Source of the DNA: Dipteris shenzhenensis
Taxonomy: Eukaryota
Length of the DNA: 64,000 bases
Strand: one strand, 5' to 3'
Assembly (NCBI GenBank): GCA_047967505.1
Contig: CM106538.1
In this document: positions 23,583-37,080 of the stretch, one piece after another
How the letters are laid out: every line of letters begins with the position of its first letter
Numbering within the stretch: position 1 is the first letter of the stretch
Position numbers and translations under genes: made by a program
Notes under the pieces: model-generated
Told to the model about the DNA's origin: nothing
Databases searched by the model: none
The model's input: only the letters and a program-made list of their open reading frames with translations

Positions 23583-26500
23583 TGCTTTGCAGGACAGGGC
23601 CTTGGTGGGTCGCATTGTTGGGCTCACCTCGTCAAGGAAATAGGTCAGGGATTGGCTTCAGGCGAGCTTAGCCCTAGGGTCTGTTGACCCCATCCAAGAG
23701 GTCATTATCTATGGGAGAGGAGTCTTCCTCATGCAGCTGAACTCCCTCGACACCATGGCCTCCCTTGTCGAGCAGAGCCCTATCCTACTAGGCCCTCATG
23801 TCGTCTATCTCCTTCCTTGGTACCATGGCTTCATAGTCGAGGACATGGATTCGACTCATCACGTGCCACGATTCCTAGTGACGCTCCGCTTTTCGGGGCC
23901 TTCGAAGGAGAAGAGATCTATTCTTCCTTCCATAGGGAATTGTTTGGGGGGGGGGGTCGCATCCCAGATGCATTGATGCAGGAGGAGGTGCAGCAGGTCA
24001 TATCGGAGATTTGACAGCAGCCATTGGACACCCCGAAGGGTGGCTGGGCATCCTAGACAGCCGAGGCGATTCAGAGGAGCAGTGAGGAGCTCTGCACCTA
24101 GGCTGTCCGCCGTCGTTTTTCCCTTCAGGAGAGAGAGAGAGAGATTTGAGGCGTGACTTAGCCTCCATTGAGCGTCTCAGGGAACAGGACACGGAGTCCT
24201 AGTGGCTTGCTGACAGAGATGAGTGTGCACATCTGGAGCTTCAGGACACGGAGTTGAGGAGGGCTGAGTATTCTTACCATTCCGCTCGTGTCCGTTGGGT
24301 ACAGCACGGGGATAGGATGAGCCGCCAGTTCTTTCAGGCCACAGGGCCTAGGTCGGCAGGTGCCCAGTTGCAGAAACTGAGAGACGCTAGCGGCAGGATG
24401 GTTTCGGACCCTCATGAGATTATGGAGTAGGCTTCGGATTTCTATCCACAGCTGTTTCAGGCTGAGGAGTCCCGCCAGGTGTGAGAGGCCCATGAGGTGG
24501 TATGGGAGCATGTCCCAGCTGTGGTCTCTCAGGGTATGAGCAGCTAGTTGGATTCTCCCTTCACAGATGAAGAGCTTCGGGAAGCTCTCAGGGCACTTCC
24601 GACTCAGAAGTGCCCAGGGGAGGATGGGCTGTCCCTGGTCTTCTTCAGAAGCTTTTGGACCTTTGTGCACCTCTCTTCGGCTGGCCTTTCAAGAGATCTT
24701 TGACTCAAGAGCACTCCCACTGTCCCTAAGCAGAGGCTGGATTTGTTTGATCCCGAAGGGAGGGGACCACTCGGACCTTCGACAGTGGAGACCGATCACT
24801 CTGCTAGACAGTGCATACAAGATCTTAGCCAAGGTCTTGAGTTTGCGGCTACGACCCCATCTAGTCGACATCATCCACGACTTGCAGACAGGTTTTGTGC
24901 AGGAGCGTAGCATCCTTGACAACATCTTTACCTTTTGGGGGGCGTTGGATTGAGGCAGGGACGAGGCGCAACCCCTTGCGCTCCTACTAGTGGATTTTGA
25001 GAAGGCCTACAATCGGGTAGAGTGGTCCTTCTTGGAGGGCACGATACAGAAATTAGGCTTCTCAGAGAGGTGGATCAGAGGGGTCTCCGGCTTGTATGCA
25101 GGGAGCTCCAGTCAGATGTTGATTGGTGGGTTCACTGGGGAGGCCTTCCCGCTCACCCGCTCCATGAAACAGGCCTCCCACTGGCTCCCTTCCTCTTTTT
25201 CTTTGTCGTGGAGGTGTTGGGCTATTTCATGAGGTCGCAGACGGTTGGCCTCAAAGGGATGAGGCTACCGATCAGACAGGAGGAGGAGCTTTTGGACTTG
25301 GAGTTCGTAGATGATATGGCCTTGTATGTGGAGGGTTCAGAGGAGAGCGTGGATGCGGTTAGGGGGCTCTTGAGGTTTATTGCACCGCCTTAGGGGCAAG
25401 GATCAACTGGGGCAAATGAGTCGGTTTTCTTTGAGTGATGACTGAGGAGTCCTAGGAGATTCTTCGGTGGGGTGCATTGGTAGGCTTTAGGTGGATTCCG
25501 AGTGGCCAGTCGACGAGGTAGTACTTGGGATGTCGTGTGGGCATTGACATCTCCGCAGAGCAGTAGATAACCCCGGTCCTTGAGAGCGTGAGGCACAAGC
25601 TTCTTTATTAGAGCTCTGCCAAACTCTCTTTGGCAGGCTGGGTCTTGGTGGCGAACCAGGTCCTGTTGGCCACAGTCTGGTATACAGCCTCTTGCTGGTG
25701 TTTTCACAGGGATTGCATGGGACAGTTGAGACGCTTGGTGTGTAACTTCCTTTGGGCAGGATCAGATGGCACTCGCAACACCAAAGCTAGAGTTGCGTGG
25801 CAGACAGTGATACTATCACAGGCACAGGGAGGCTTGGGTATTATAGATCCAGAGATGCAGACAGAGCCCTGTTGGGCAAGTTGATAGTTAGGGGTCTCAC
25901 TCCAAGCATGGAGCCTTGGAAACTTCTCCTGCAGCGCGGTCTCTTGAGCAACACCCCCCGCACAGGTGGTCAGTGGCAGCCGTCCCACAGGTGGATCTTT
26001 TCGGAGGCCCCTCTCATGGGGAAGGGCTCACCCCCGATGAGGAGTCTCTTGAGGGTCTGGTTGCGGATCTCAACAGGTCTCATCCGAGTTAGCCCCTGGT
26101 ACGCGGAGGAGTTTGCACGCTAGTCGCTTATCTCGCACCCGGAGGTCAAAGACGAGGATAGTTTGATGCTAGGGCAGCGGCTACACATTGGCTGGGCACA
26201 GTGGGACAGCAGCCCTGCTTGCTCCCTGCTGCGGACATGGTCTAGACTCCTTGCAAAGGCAGAGACACGATTGGAGGTCCTTTCTCATCTGAGAGGGGCC
26301 GGCCAGAGGATGGTGGAGATAGAGGCAGCTATTCCGGACTCTTGGAGGGTGGGACTGCAGGTTTTCACTCCGGCACACTGGCTAGGACAGCTCTCTAGGA
26401 CGGGTGTACCTCTGAGGATTCAGCTATGCCCACAGCCGCCAGCTCCCACGAGCGTGCAGTTCTATGATGTGGGACTGGGCAAAATACTGCAGCCTTGGAT

Positions 26501-27432
26501 CACAGGGGATCAGGAGATGAACGGAGTATTAGGCCAAGTGGGTTGGCAGAGGGTCAGAGTAGTGGGACGTTTGGGCAAGGAGTGGTTGATGGACCCTTCT
26601 TGCATCACAGACCTAGATGTCCCCCGCTGGAGACTATGGTTATGGGAAGGATGCCCTCTCAGCGAGATACAGTGGGAGCCCGGAGAGTGGTTATGGTCAG
26701 TCAGAGTTGGTCTCTCAGAGAGTACAGTCGGAGCTATGGAGACTATTCCTCACTGCTTATGGAGCTGCCTAGTAGCTCAGAGGATCTGGCTCGGAGCGCT
26801 TTGGATTGTGGCACAGCTTCAGAGCATGCAGAGAGATTTCACGTGGGGTATGGCAACTTGGCTTACAGAGGGGGGGCACGGTCTCGCCAGCTTACTGGAT
26901 ACAGGGTCGGAGCATTCATAGCATTGAACTTCACTTGGCTACTCCCCCCCCCCCCCCCTTCTCACCATCCCCCTCAGTGGGGAGAGAGGATAGTGTCTGG
27001 GAGACGGTGGCCAGCATCAGTGCTTGGAACATCTAGGTGGCCCGTTGCAGTTGGGTTATGGGCCAGCACCATGTTCCTCTGACGGCTATGCTGGTTGCCA
27101 TTTGGCAGGATATCATTTATTCGTTGTGGTCCATTTGGGAGCGCGGCGTTCCAGGTTCTCGAGCTACCGACGATAGCCGGGCACGTTTCTGCAAGGCTTG
27201 GCCTGCAGGTGTATTTTATGAGCTCATGCCGCGAGGGATTCGCTGGCTGTATAGTCCACCACAGTGGTTGTTAGCCCCTGTTACAGAGAATCCCTAGGCA
27301 ATGAGCTGGGATCTCTAGCAACATCAGCCCGTTTTTGTTTTTGGCCACGATTGGCACCTTTCCGGTTTTGCTAATTTGTATGGTCGGATTTTAAGCATTA
27401 ATAGAAGTTCCTTTTCTCTGTAAAAAATATAA
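23583..27432 (+). mobile_element. L1 LINE, decayed and with internal deletions; its 5' part probably lies left of the Gypsy insertion
   Basis: ORF1 DUF4283-like ALVGRIVG..VRDWL..GRGVFLMQ..LLPW. RT motifs WRPITLLDSAYKILAK, QTGFVQERSILDN, DFEKAYNRVEW, PLAPFLF, EFVDD; GGLGI; ETIPHCLWSC. A-rich tail at about 27422. Confidence 0.9.
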
Positions 27433-28125
27433 AGTGTATGACAAGTGTGCGAACTGAAATGCCCGTAGCAATAACTGCAGAGCTACTTCTGAAGGTGCAT
27501 TTACTGCTTCGATACCAGGTAAGATTCGGAGCTGAATGGGTATGCCTTGCTACGTTGATGGCCAAACAATTTGAGTTGCCACAAAGTTGATGCCACCCCA
27601 TAAAACATGATTCCTTATCTAGTAACCCACACTATAGTTATGGTATAAGGTTCATTGATGCAGCCGACACAGGTTTGGATCATTTTTACTACATCTGTGG
27701 GGATGACTGACATCTTTTGGCCCATATTTTAAAAAGATTTGTGTGTAAGTTAGATTCAGTGTAATAGGGTAGAACTGCAAAGGGGAGGTGGCTAGCGATG
27801 GCTGTTTAAGTGTTTGCGAGATTCCCCATGGCAAAATTCATGTTTTTTACCACAGAACGAGTAAAGGTCACGTGGAAGTGCAATGCATTTTGTGGAAATT
27901 GGACGTCACTAATGTGTTTGAATTTCAATGTAGTTGTTATTCATAAGGTTTACGGCTACAAAGAACTTGAACTTTACATGAATATATATGACATGAATTT
28001 GTGAGATAAGGAGTTTATCGTATCTGCTTGGTCCTACTATATGGCACTGAGTTATTTTATTGGAAATCTGTTGTTACTTGTTATTTTTTTAAAAATGTTA
28101 CTTTTGCCTTGGTTGTTTGCATCAG

Positions 28126-28208
28126 TTACATTCCAGAAGGTGATTGCAGTATTGGATGCAGATTTTCATTCATTGCCATCACTTGTACATCGACAGCATT
28201 ATGGTCCT
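28126..28208 (+). CDS. MED16: MED16 exon (83 nt)
   Basis: Acceptor CATCAG. Reads (V)TFQKVIAVLDADFHSLPSLVHRQHYGP. Donor GTATGT. Phase 1 to 0. Confidence 0.93.
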
Positions 28209-28380
28209 GTATGTGGATGCAATCTTCACTTGAAATGCTTGTGTTCCTAATGTTTGTGAAGTTTTGTGTGGAACAAAATAACAATCAGAAAAGAGCTCCT
28301 TTCATTCTTCCTTTGAAATAGGTTGGAACTTTTGAGAATGCGCTGGAGACATAGGTATTCCTTGAGAAGGGTTCTAGGTA

Positions 28381-28900
28381 CAAAAGGGTTTACGCTTATG
28401 CATGTCATCTTTTTTGCACGATTGGGAGCTATATATCTTGTACTGCTTCTAATCTGAGACCTTGGGACCTACATTTGGTTTACTGTTTGGTTTTACAATC
28501 ACACAACCAGTGATCCTTTTGATTTTCCTGAATTAGAAGGCCATTTAAAAGAAAAAATTAAGTCATACACTTTTGTGGTATGACCATATAATGGAGACGA
28601 CCTCCATACCCCTTACCTATACGTGGAAAGAGCATAAAATCTTAGTCACCAAAGGGTTTAAGGTTATGCATGCCATTGTTTGTGCATGATTGGGAGCATA
28701 TATCTTGTACTGCATCTATGCTGAGACCTTAGACCTACATTTCATAGAGTTTGATTTTAACCAGTATGATCCTTTTTTTTTTGGTGAATTAGGAAGGTCA
28801 TTTAAAGGGGGAAATGAAGTCTTTTACTTTTCTGCTATGTCCAACTAATGGAGATGACCTCCATATCGCTTATCTATACTTGGAAAGAGCGTTAAAATCA
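28381..28900. repeat. Diverged tandem duplication, about 270 bp unit
   Basis: Units start CAAA(A)GGGTTTA at 28381 and about 28650, and share ATATATCTTGTACTGC, GAGACCTT..GACCTACATTT and TAATGGAGA.GACCTCCATA. Confidence 0.85.
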
Positions 28901-29596
28901 TCTCTCTCCCCCCTTCCCTCCCCCTCCCCCTCTCCCCCTCCCAAAAAAAAGTGCCCCTTCTCATCAAGTTATGTACACACAGAAATGATAGATTTAGTTG
29001 GCAAAAGTTCCTGTGATGATTTGCTTCAGGATGTCTAAAGCTCTGAGGAAAGGCTCGACTAAGGAGTTGCAGCCAGAGAGCTACCAATAGCCTCCTGTCT
29101 GCCCAAGACCATAATGATACCTGAGGAGTAAGGTTTCTTACTGTGCAACCCTGTCCCATCTCTATAGAATCGCGGAAAGAATGTATGAGAATTGGTCTCT
29201 CTTCTTGATCTTGGATACCCTAAACCCAGTAGATGCCCATGTGTCCCTTGGGAAGATTCAATCACTCCCGCTCCCTTGAGTCTGGCATTTCTTTTCCACC
29301 TTTTGGAATCCTTCTAGCTCCATGAAGCTCTGTCCAAGGCTGGAGAACCCAAGGGAACTCTGCTTTGCATCCATCTAAAAGTGGTGATATCAGCTGTTAT
29401 GAGCCCTCCTCTCCCTGTGACTCTGATTGTGAACTAATGCCGATTGTTCCTAATCTTCCTTTGCTAGGTGTTTTAATCCTTGACCCTTGTCTTCCTCAAG
29501 GTGGACCGTTCTCTGTTCAATTGTTCCCCCCCACTCTCCACACCTACTTTTCTTCAGGATGACTTTATTTGATACAGTATCTAAACTTGTATGATT

Positions 29597-29830
29597 GTCT
29601 TCTATCCATCCACAGTGGCTGCACTGTGGGGCTGTCTTCTATCCATCCACAATGGCTGCACTGTGGGGCTTTCATGTTACCGTACCATCTCACCACCTTG
29701 GAAACAATTAATTGTTGGTGCCCTGACTACTTGATTTCTGGGTGCAGTGTGGGGCTTTCGTGTTACTGTACCATCTCACCACCTTGGAAACAGTTTATTG
29801 TTGCTGCACTGACTTCTTGATATCTGAGTG
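29597..29830. repeat. Nested short tandem duplications (about 37 bp and 90 bp)
   Basis: GTCTTCTATCCATCCACA.TGGCTGCACTGTGGGGCT twice, then TACCATCTCACCACCTTGGAAACA twice. Confidence 0.85.
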
Positions 29831-30203
29831 CAACACTTGGACTAGTGCCCAACCTACCTACACATAAAGCAAGCATGAGCAAAGTTAGTTGCATAAGGTA
29901 CTTGCGCCATATATATTGAATTGAATGAAACACATTTTGAAACAAAATTGTCGAAATCCCCTACCTATTAGAAAACTCTAGATAGGGCCCCGTTGAGTCT
30001 TGGACTCGAAATAGTTGGCTATAGTTTAGCTCCCCTTTGTCCCGTGCTTTTCCCTCTATCCTTTGACACCTCTCCATTCGGAGTGTGTATGTAAACACCT
30101 TTATACAAATGTTCTTTACCTTTCACATCGTTATCATGGGGATGCCAAAACCTCCAATCCCTAACCTTTGATGGAATGCTTTGTGGCGGCATGTGTCATG
30201 TGG

Positions 30204-30229
<26 letters not shown>

Positions 30230-30237
<8 letters not shown>

Positions 30238-30409
30238 CCCTGATGTTCTGGTGATGATAATGATGATGATGATGTTGATATTGATATGTAGTCGACCACC
30301 GACATGACTATGTTGTACTTAGTACTGCATTGGTGTGGATGCTCGTTTAGTAGCTCCACCCTCACAACTCATTTGTGCCTCCACCCATCCGTCTTCGGAA
30401 GACTTTAAT

Positions 30410-30464
<55 letters not shown>

Positions 30465-30802
30465 GGGGACCGCCAAAGCTAGAGACGAGGGATCACGATC
30501 GACGTAGCCGACGGGTACTGAGATCGAGGCGACCGCGGCCACCACCTAGACGCGAGATAGCCCGACAGTTATAGATTCGCGACATCTTCATGGCCCAGCG
30601 GAGAGACTTGACCTGGCTTGATCTGGACACTCCTAACTCTTGATTCAGATTCTGATTTTGTCTCTATTCTATTCTATTTAGACACTAGATTAGTACTTGG
30701 CAGGGGATTTAGCTCACCCCCTTGCCCCAGCCCATAGAGGCTTGTATGAGATCTTTTTTGTATCACTCTGTCCCATTGACCCACGAGGTCTTCCGAGGAC
30801 GT

Positions 30803-30847
<45 letters not shown>

Positions 30848-31685
30848 CGTGTGTGTGTGTGTGCATTGGCCTCTTTCTGCTTGAGATGCACCGACACAGG
30901 GAGACTCTACTATGATAGATTAGAGAGTAGCAGGAGGCGACCAGACCACAGAATACAGAGGTTGGCCGGGCACAGCAACGCGTCACAGACTTTTATGCAT
31001 TTGAGTCAGCTCCAAGACATAGTGGGGTGGAGGAGGAGGAACTAGCTGATGTGTGGGCAATTGGGATCACCGAGAGAAGGACGCAGAGACCACCCCTGAC
31101 ACGGAGAGCTACTACATCACACTCTTTTGAGATCCAACCTATCAGAGCTTTCCTCAAGGGAGACCGCCTGAGACGAGGGGTCACTTTGAACATAGCCCAG
31201 CGGGTTCAGATATCGAGGAGACCACGCCCTCCCCCGTCGCCTGAGTGTGAGACAACCCAATAGATGCAGATCCGAGATATTTTCGTCGTCAGCACGATCG
31301 GTTTTTGAGTCCAAACTCTGAGCCTACTTTAATTAGTATTTCGTAGTAGTAGTAGTAGTAGTATTTGGTTTATACTTGATTTTGCTCGAGCTAGTGAAGC
31401 GCGCCCTTTGCTCTAGCCCGTTGAGGCCTATATGAGTTTTCCTTTTCGGTGTACTTTGTACTTTGTCCCCTAGGCCCGTGAGGCCTCTCGGGGACGTTAG
31501 TACAACTTTTCTTTTTCTTTTTCTTCTCTCTCTCTCATATTACTCAGAAGAGGGCCTTAGCGAGCCCTCTACTTCAGCCCATAGTGGCTTGTATGGGTTA
31601 TCTTTGTGATTGTACTTTGTCTCATAGGCTCGTGAGGCCTCTCGAAGATGGTAATACATCTTTCTTTCTTTCTTTCTTTTCTCTT
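30230..31685 (+). mobile_element. Head-to-tail stack of four RTEX-like 3' ends
   Basis: Hairpin plus microsatellite tails end at about 30460, 30840, 31535 and 31685. Each unit starts in the previous unit's (TC)n tail. Confidence 0.8.
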
Positions 31686-31994
31686 AGACGAGCTCATCTT
31701 GTCTCTCCTTAGTCGTTGGATGGAGTTGGACCCACCGAGAAGAGAAATGGGTCCAGTCACTCAGATGGATACCTGATCGACTGGTAGATGACTAGGGGCT
31801 TTCCCTCGCACAACTACTACACCCATTGACGATGCGACCTTGATGGAAGCGTGTCCCAAAGCATGGGATTGCAGGCACGTTCCGCTTCCATCAGCTTCCA
31901 AGTCTCTTCTCTTTGACTCTTGTGGGTTTGTATGGCAGTCCTTGTTGTGGGCCTGACCTATCAGAGGAAGACCGGGTCCCAATAGAGGTATTTT

Positions 31995-32050
<56 letters not shown>

Positions 32051-32164
32051 GGGGGGGGGGAGGGAGGGAGGGAGACTTGAGAGTTAACCTTGGCAAGACC
32101 AAGGTTATTATCTTCAACACCTCATGAGCTGTACTCCATCGACACAGCCTCACTTATTGAGGAG

Positions 32165-35100
32165 AAAGAAAGAAAGAAATAAAGTTTATTAAAGGCTTCG
32201 AAAGACCGATGGGTCTATGAGACTGCGAAAAAACCTGAATACAATGAGCTGTGGTGGTGGAGCTACTAAACAAGCATCCACACCAATGCAGAATGCAATA
32301 AAATGCAAAATGGCAGTATTAAGTCCTGAGTACAACATAGTCATATCCCAACTATATATATATATATATATATATCTCAGCATCATCGTCATCAATAGGA
32401 CATCGGGATGGATGACGCTGTGGAAGCGGAGGTACGAGGTCAACAATAGAATGCCATCGCCCAATCAAGGGTGCAGTCCTGGTACGTCTCTTGGTCGTAG
32501 CTCTGCGTCTAACCAAGGCCACTGTGACCCCTGTCAGTCGGGCTCCGACCCTAAACAAAGAGGGGATGTCCCCAAGTGTGATCTGTGAGTCAACCCTCTG
32601 TCTGAACTGTCGGGTCACAGGCTCCGTGTCGCGGTCATGTCGAGGTCTCGCCTCATGGGGGTCTATGTGATTTGGCTGAAAGAACTTCGTGATAGAGCTC
32701 TGAGAGGTATCAGTCAAGGGAGAAGTCTGCTCCTGTCTCTATGCTCGGAGTATCCTATCTCGATGTCTGAGCATCTCATGAATGAAACCAGCCAAACATC
32801 GCTAGTCTGGGTAGGAGAGGACACGAGCCAATATCCCATAATTATCTCTGAAGAGGCAGTAGAAACGCCCTCAGATCTTATAGTAAATAGGATACCTAAA
32901 GATGAAATGCCCCTCTGTCTCAACCTCCTGCATGTCACACAGTGTGTATATGCGCCTCTCCCTAGGTAACCGCTCTGCTCGGCCGCTCTCGATACGAAGT
33001 CCGTGTGAAGAGACCCGGAATTGCCCAAGTGAGATCCTCAGCGAGTGGGGTAGGTGAATCTGCATGTATCCTGGTGGATCAATGAAACCCTCCGCTGTGA
33101 TATGTAAGAAGTGATCTCTGTAGAAGCCCAGCTTCAATGGAAGATCACTCGGGCCCAACCAAGTCCGGAATGTGTGTAGCTGTAGTAGATCCTCAGGGAT
33201 AACCTGGTTGACCTCGTGTGATAAGAGGGGAGAGAAAGGAGCCTCCATGCTGTACTGGAAAGGGGGTAGTCTGTCCATGTGGAGCCCTAGTCGTGCAAAC
33301 CATCTCTCTATGCGTGCATACCAACACCTCTGATCTCCCCCTGCTGCATGTGCCATAGAAGAGGACAGTGCTAGCCATGGTATCCTGCTACGCGCGGATG
33401 TGGAATCCCCATACTCCCTGACTCGGTACAGATATGTAATGACCTAAAATGCAGCATCTAGCTGTAATGGGGGTGACCCAAACTCTGCCCGAATGATCTG
33501 GTGCGGGACGGATGGCTTACCACGGATCATTTGTGATAACATGAGAACCTATAGCCGCTCCACCCTGGCCAACTTTGTATCCGACAAATCTGGCCCCCAA
33601 CATGGGCTGCCATGCATCCCTGTAGGGCGGACCAAGGAGTCAAAAAGCAACCCTTTGGTCCGTGGATCTTGAAAATGAGAGCAGAAGCACTGTCTCTCAA
33701 GTCTAGCCAATGAAGTGTATCCTCTGCTCAGTCGCGCCTACATCGTGGGTCTCATGGAGAAGGTGGGTCCAGAAAAGACGACCCCTTGATAAGTGTATGA
33801 TGAAACTACCTCGATAGGGGACTCCTCAAAAGTGAAATGCTCATTGCGGATGACGACTCTGGATGTATTGAACATCATAACCTTGGTTTTACCCAAGTTG
33901 ACCTTCAAATCATGAGACTCACAAAAGGACTGTAGTGCGTCAAGGTGTCTCTGAGCTCCTCTGCTGAGGATGACAAGAGAGCCACGTCATCTGCATAAAG
34001 TCATATCCGGATCAGCGTGTCTGCGAGAGAGCAACCTACCCCACCCTGTGCCTACATCATTGTCTCGAGCTCGTCGATGTAGAGGCCAAACAAAGTAGGT
34101 GATAATGGGCACCCTTGTTTGACCTTGATAGTGCTCATGATCTCGTCTGTCCATCTAGTCCGGACTCTGCGTGAAACTCGCTCATAAAGTGCCATGATAG
34201 CCCAAATGATCTCCTGGTCGTAACACAAATCCTATAGGCGTCGTAAGAGATGGGCTCTCAGAACGGTGTCAAATGCTTTGCGGAAGTCCACAAAGGCCAT
34301 CTATCAAGACCATTATAGATAATGAGATCATGCATCCTGCAGAGGTCTAATAGGGCCTGCCCATAGGATGTGAGCGGTCCTCGTTTGTCAGCCGAAACTT
34401 ATAGCATACCTGCCTCCTCAAGGTCAATGTCTGGCAGTAGAGTGGAATCATCCTTGAAGTCAAGGATTGGTACCTAACGAGTGCCTGTTCTTGTGTTGAA
34501 GTCCCCAAATAGGAGGACTTCCCCGCAGCCAGAGAAATCAACGATGGACTGATAAAGAGCAACAAATGGGGATGTCTCATCCTGCCCTCGAATATCTCTA
34601 GCAAAGCGGGAGGTCTCGGGGGGGAAATAGCAAACTGCAATAAACAGATCCCGGCTGTCCATGTGCCGAATCCGGATCCAGAGAAACTTGGAATGTGTAT
34701 CTCTCTGCTCCATTGAGATGGTTCCCAAAAGTGTGGATCTGTAAAGGACTATGACTCCTCCTGATCCTCGAACCCCTCCTGTATCCCTTGTCTCATCTTT
34801 GTAGGCAGACTCCCATGTATACCCGCTGACTGCTGGTAGTGGCGCTCTAGACTCTGATGTGTCTCTGTGTAAAAGAATGTCGTGACTTGTATAGGATTCT
34901 GAGAAGTTCCTTGGTTCTGACCATAAGGTACCATTACAGTTACAGATGGTACAAGATAGGGTCTCGGATGTCTGAGTCTCATAGGCCCCGCCTCCCTATA
35001 TGGGAGGAGAGGTGGGTGCCCGATGGGGGCTTGTAAGGAATTGTCCATCTCATACTACTGCCCACTTCCCGTCTTTGCGGACCTCATCCCGCAGCTGCAA

Positions 35101-37080
35101 CAAGAAACGCCTCTCCTCAACCTATAGTGGAGTGAGGTCCTCATCCATGGAGATCGTTGGTTGGTCTCGTAAGGCTGACCTACGACGTAAAGCCGAAAGT
35201 CGTGCCTAGGCATCATGGAACCGGATGATAAGGGGTTGCTCTCGGTTGGGGTCCCTCCCAACCCGCCATGCTCTCTCAATCCTGTGCTCAGTCACCCCTA
35301 GGGTAGTGGTCACAAAGACCTGTGGATCTGTCATCAGGGTAGCCTCAGTGCGGGGAATCCCACGTACTCTGATGTTGAGAGCCTTGCTGGCTCTCTGCTG
35401 CTGCTCTAGGAGGGTAGCGGAAACGGTTATCCTTGCAGACTCCCGTTTGGCTACGTCGGCCCATCTGGACGTCTCCTCGATGGCAGATTGCATGCTCGCA
35501 ATCCGTGCCTCCACGATTGGGGTGCTCCCTGGGACTATACGTACAGCAGTGACCTCCTGTCGGAGCTATGAGATCTCCTGTCTGAGCCCCTGAATAAGAT
35601 CCGGATAGCCTGAGACTGCTCCTGTATGAGTCGTGCTTGCTCCTGGGTGAAGCGTGTTTGCTCCTGAGCGAAGCGTAACAACTCCCTATCGCGCTCTTGG
35701 ATGCTCTGGACCTCCATCAGCAAATACTCCCAAGGCTCTGATGGGTCAGCTCGTCCGTGCTCTAACGGGTACTGATAGGACTGTGGCCTGAAAGTGTGAG
35801 GAAGAGACTGGAGGGTGGGTGATGACTGGGTAAGATGAATGTGGTATGGGGATGATGAGGCAATCCCAGCAGGGTGAGGGAGTGTGGGCTGACTAAGAGG
35901 CAGAGGGGAGAGAAAGGTTGAGTACTGCGGAACAGTGTACGACCCCTCCAAAGTAGGTGTCATAATCGGGGAGAGAACTGTAGCGGAGAAGAAGGGAGAG
36001 ATGGAAGAGATGGTGTCAGTGACAACCCCTCTATCCTAGGGGAGGATGGGGCAATCGATGTCATGGGTAGGGGTATATTAGAGCCAATAGCTGTAACAGT
36101 AGAGGCTATGGGCAGAAGTGGAGCTGGAACTGGAACTAGAACTGGAGCTGACACTGAGGCTGAGTATGAGGATGTAGCTGATGCAGCTGAAATCGAAGCT
36201 GAGACTTGAGCTGGAGCTGGAGATGAAGCTGAGGCTGTGGCTGAAGCTGAGGCGGAAGTGGGCCCCGCCTTTGCTTTGCTGTCCACTCCAAGTCCACTGT
36301 GGTTGTATCGTGTGTTCACATCTTCGAGTTTCAGCTGTGTCTGTTTTTTCTTGGCGGCTTTATCCTTATCCTTGCCACCTTTTCCCGTTTCGTTTTGATT
36401 GATCTGCGTTCGGTGCAGGTCTTGTTGCAAGAGCGGGAGCATGATGAGCTCCCTCCCCATGATGGGAGGTACCCCGAGGGGGGCTGAAAAGAGGCTGAGG
36501 GGTGGCGGGGGGGCTAGTAGGGAAGGGGGGGGTGGCTGAGTGGTAGAGGGAGTAGCTGAGGGGTCGCAAGGGGGGAGGGGTGGGTGAGGGATGGCAGGGA
36601 GCTGAGTGGTAGCGGGTGGCTGGAGTGGAGGAGGCGGGGTGGAAGGGGAGGAGGGGGCGCATAAGAGGGACCTGCAGCAGGCGGGAGGGAGCTGCAGCAG
36701 GCGGGGGGAGCAGCAGCAGGCGGCGGGTGGCTGAGTGGAGGAGGTGGAGTAGAAGGGGAGGAGGAGGCTGCGCAGAGGGAGCTGCAGCAGTCGGGGCAGC
36801 AGACGCGGAGCAGGAGGGGAGGAGGCGGCGCAGCGAGGAGGAAGAGGGCAGAGGAGGGAGCTGAGGGGAGGAGGCAGCGGGCGGAGGAGGGAGCTGCGTG
36901 GAGGGGGCTGGGTGGAGGGGGGAGCTGAGGGCGGAGGAGGGAGCTGCAGGGAGCTAGCAGTGTGGAGCTGCAGAGCGGAGCAGGGCGGAGCTGTAGAGCG
37001 GGAGGGGAGGCTAGCGGGTGGAGCTGCGAGGCAGGGCGGAGCAGCCAGGCAGCGGGAGGAGCAGGGGAAGAGAGGGTCGA
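32165..37080 (-). mobile_element. RTEX-like LINE with CT-rich leader, ORF1 and internally deleted ORF2
   Basis: ORF1 has a coiled-coil and RRM-type region: ALNIRVRGIP..ERAWRVGR..PLIIRF..MDEDLTPL..GKWAV (about 35050-35510). EN LFGDFNTRT. A deletion at about 34295 joins EN to VDFRKAFDTV. CCHC-like region and 3' tail at 32165. Confidence 0.88.

Noticed and set aside
27440-27530. Possible extra MED16 exon ending CCAG|GTAAGA
   Set aside because: The flanking exons already join in phase and give contiguous MED16 sequence, and the segment has no MED16 similarity.
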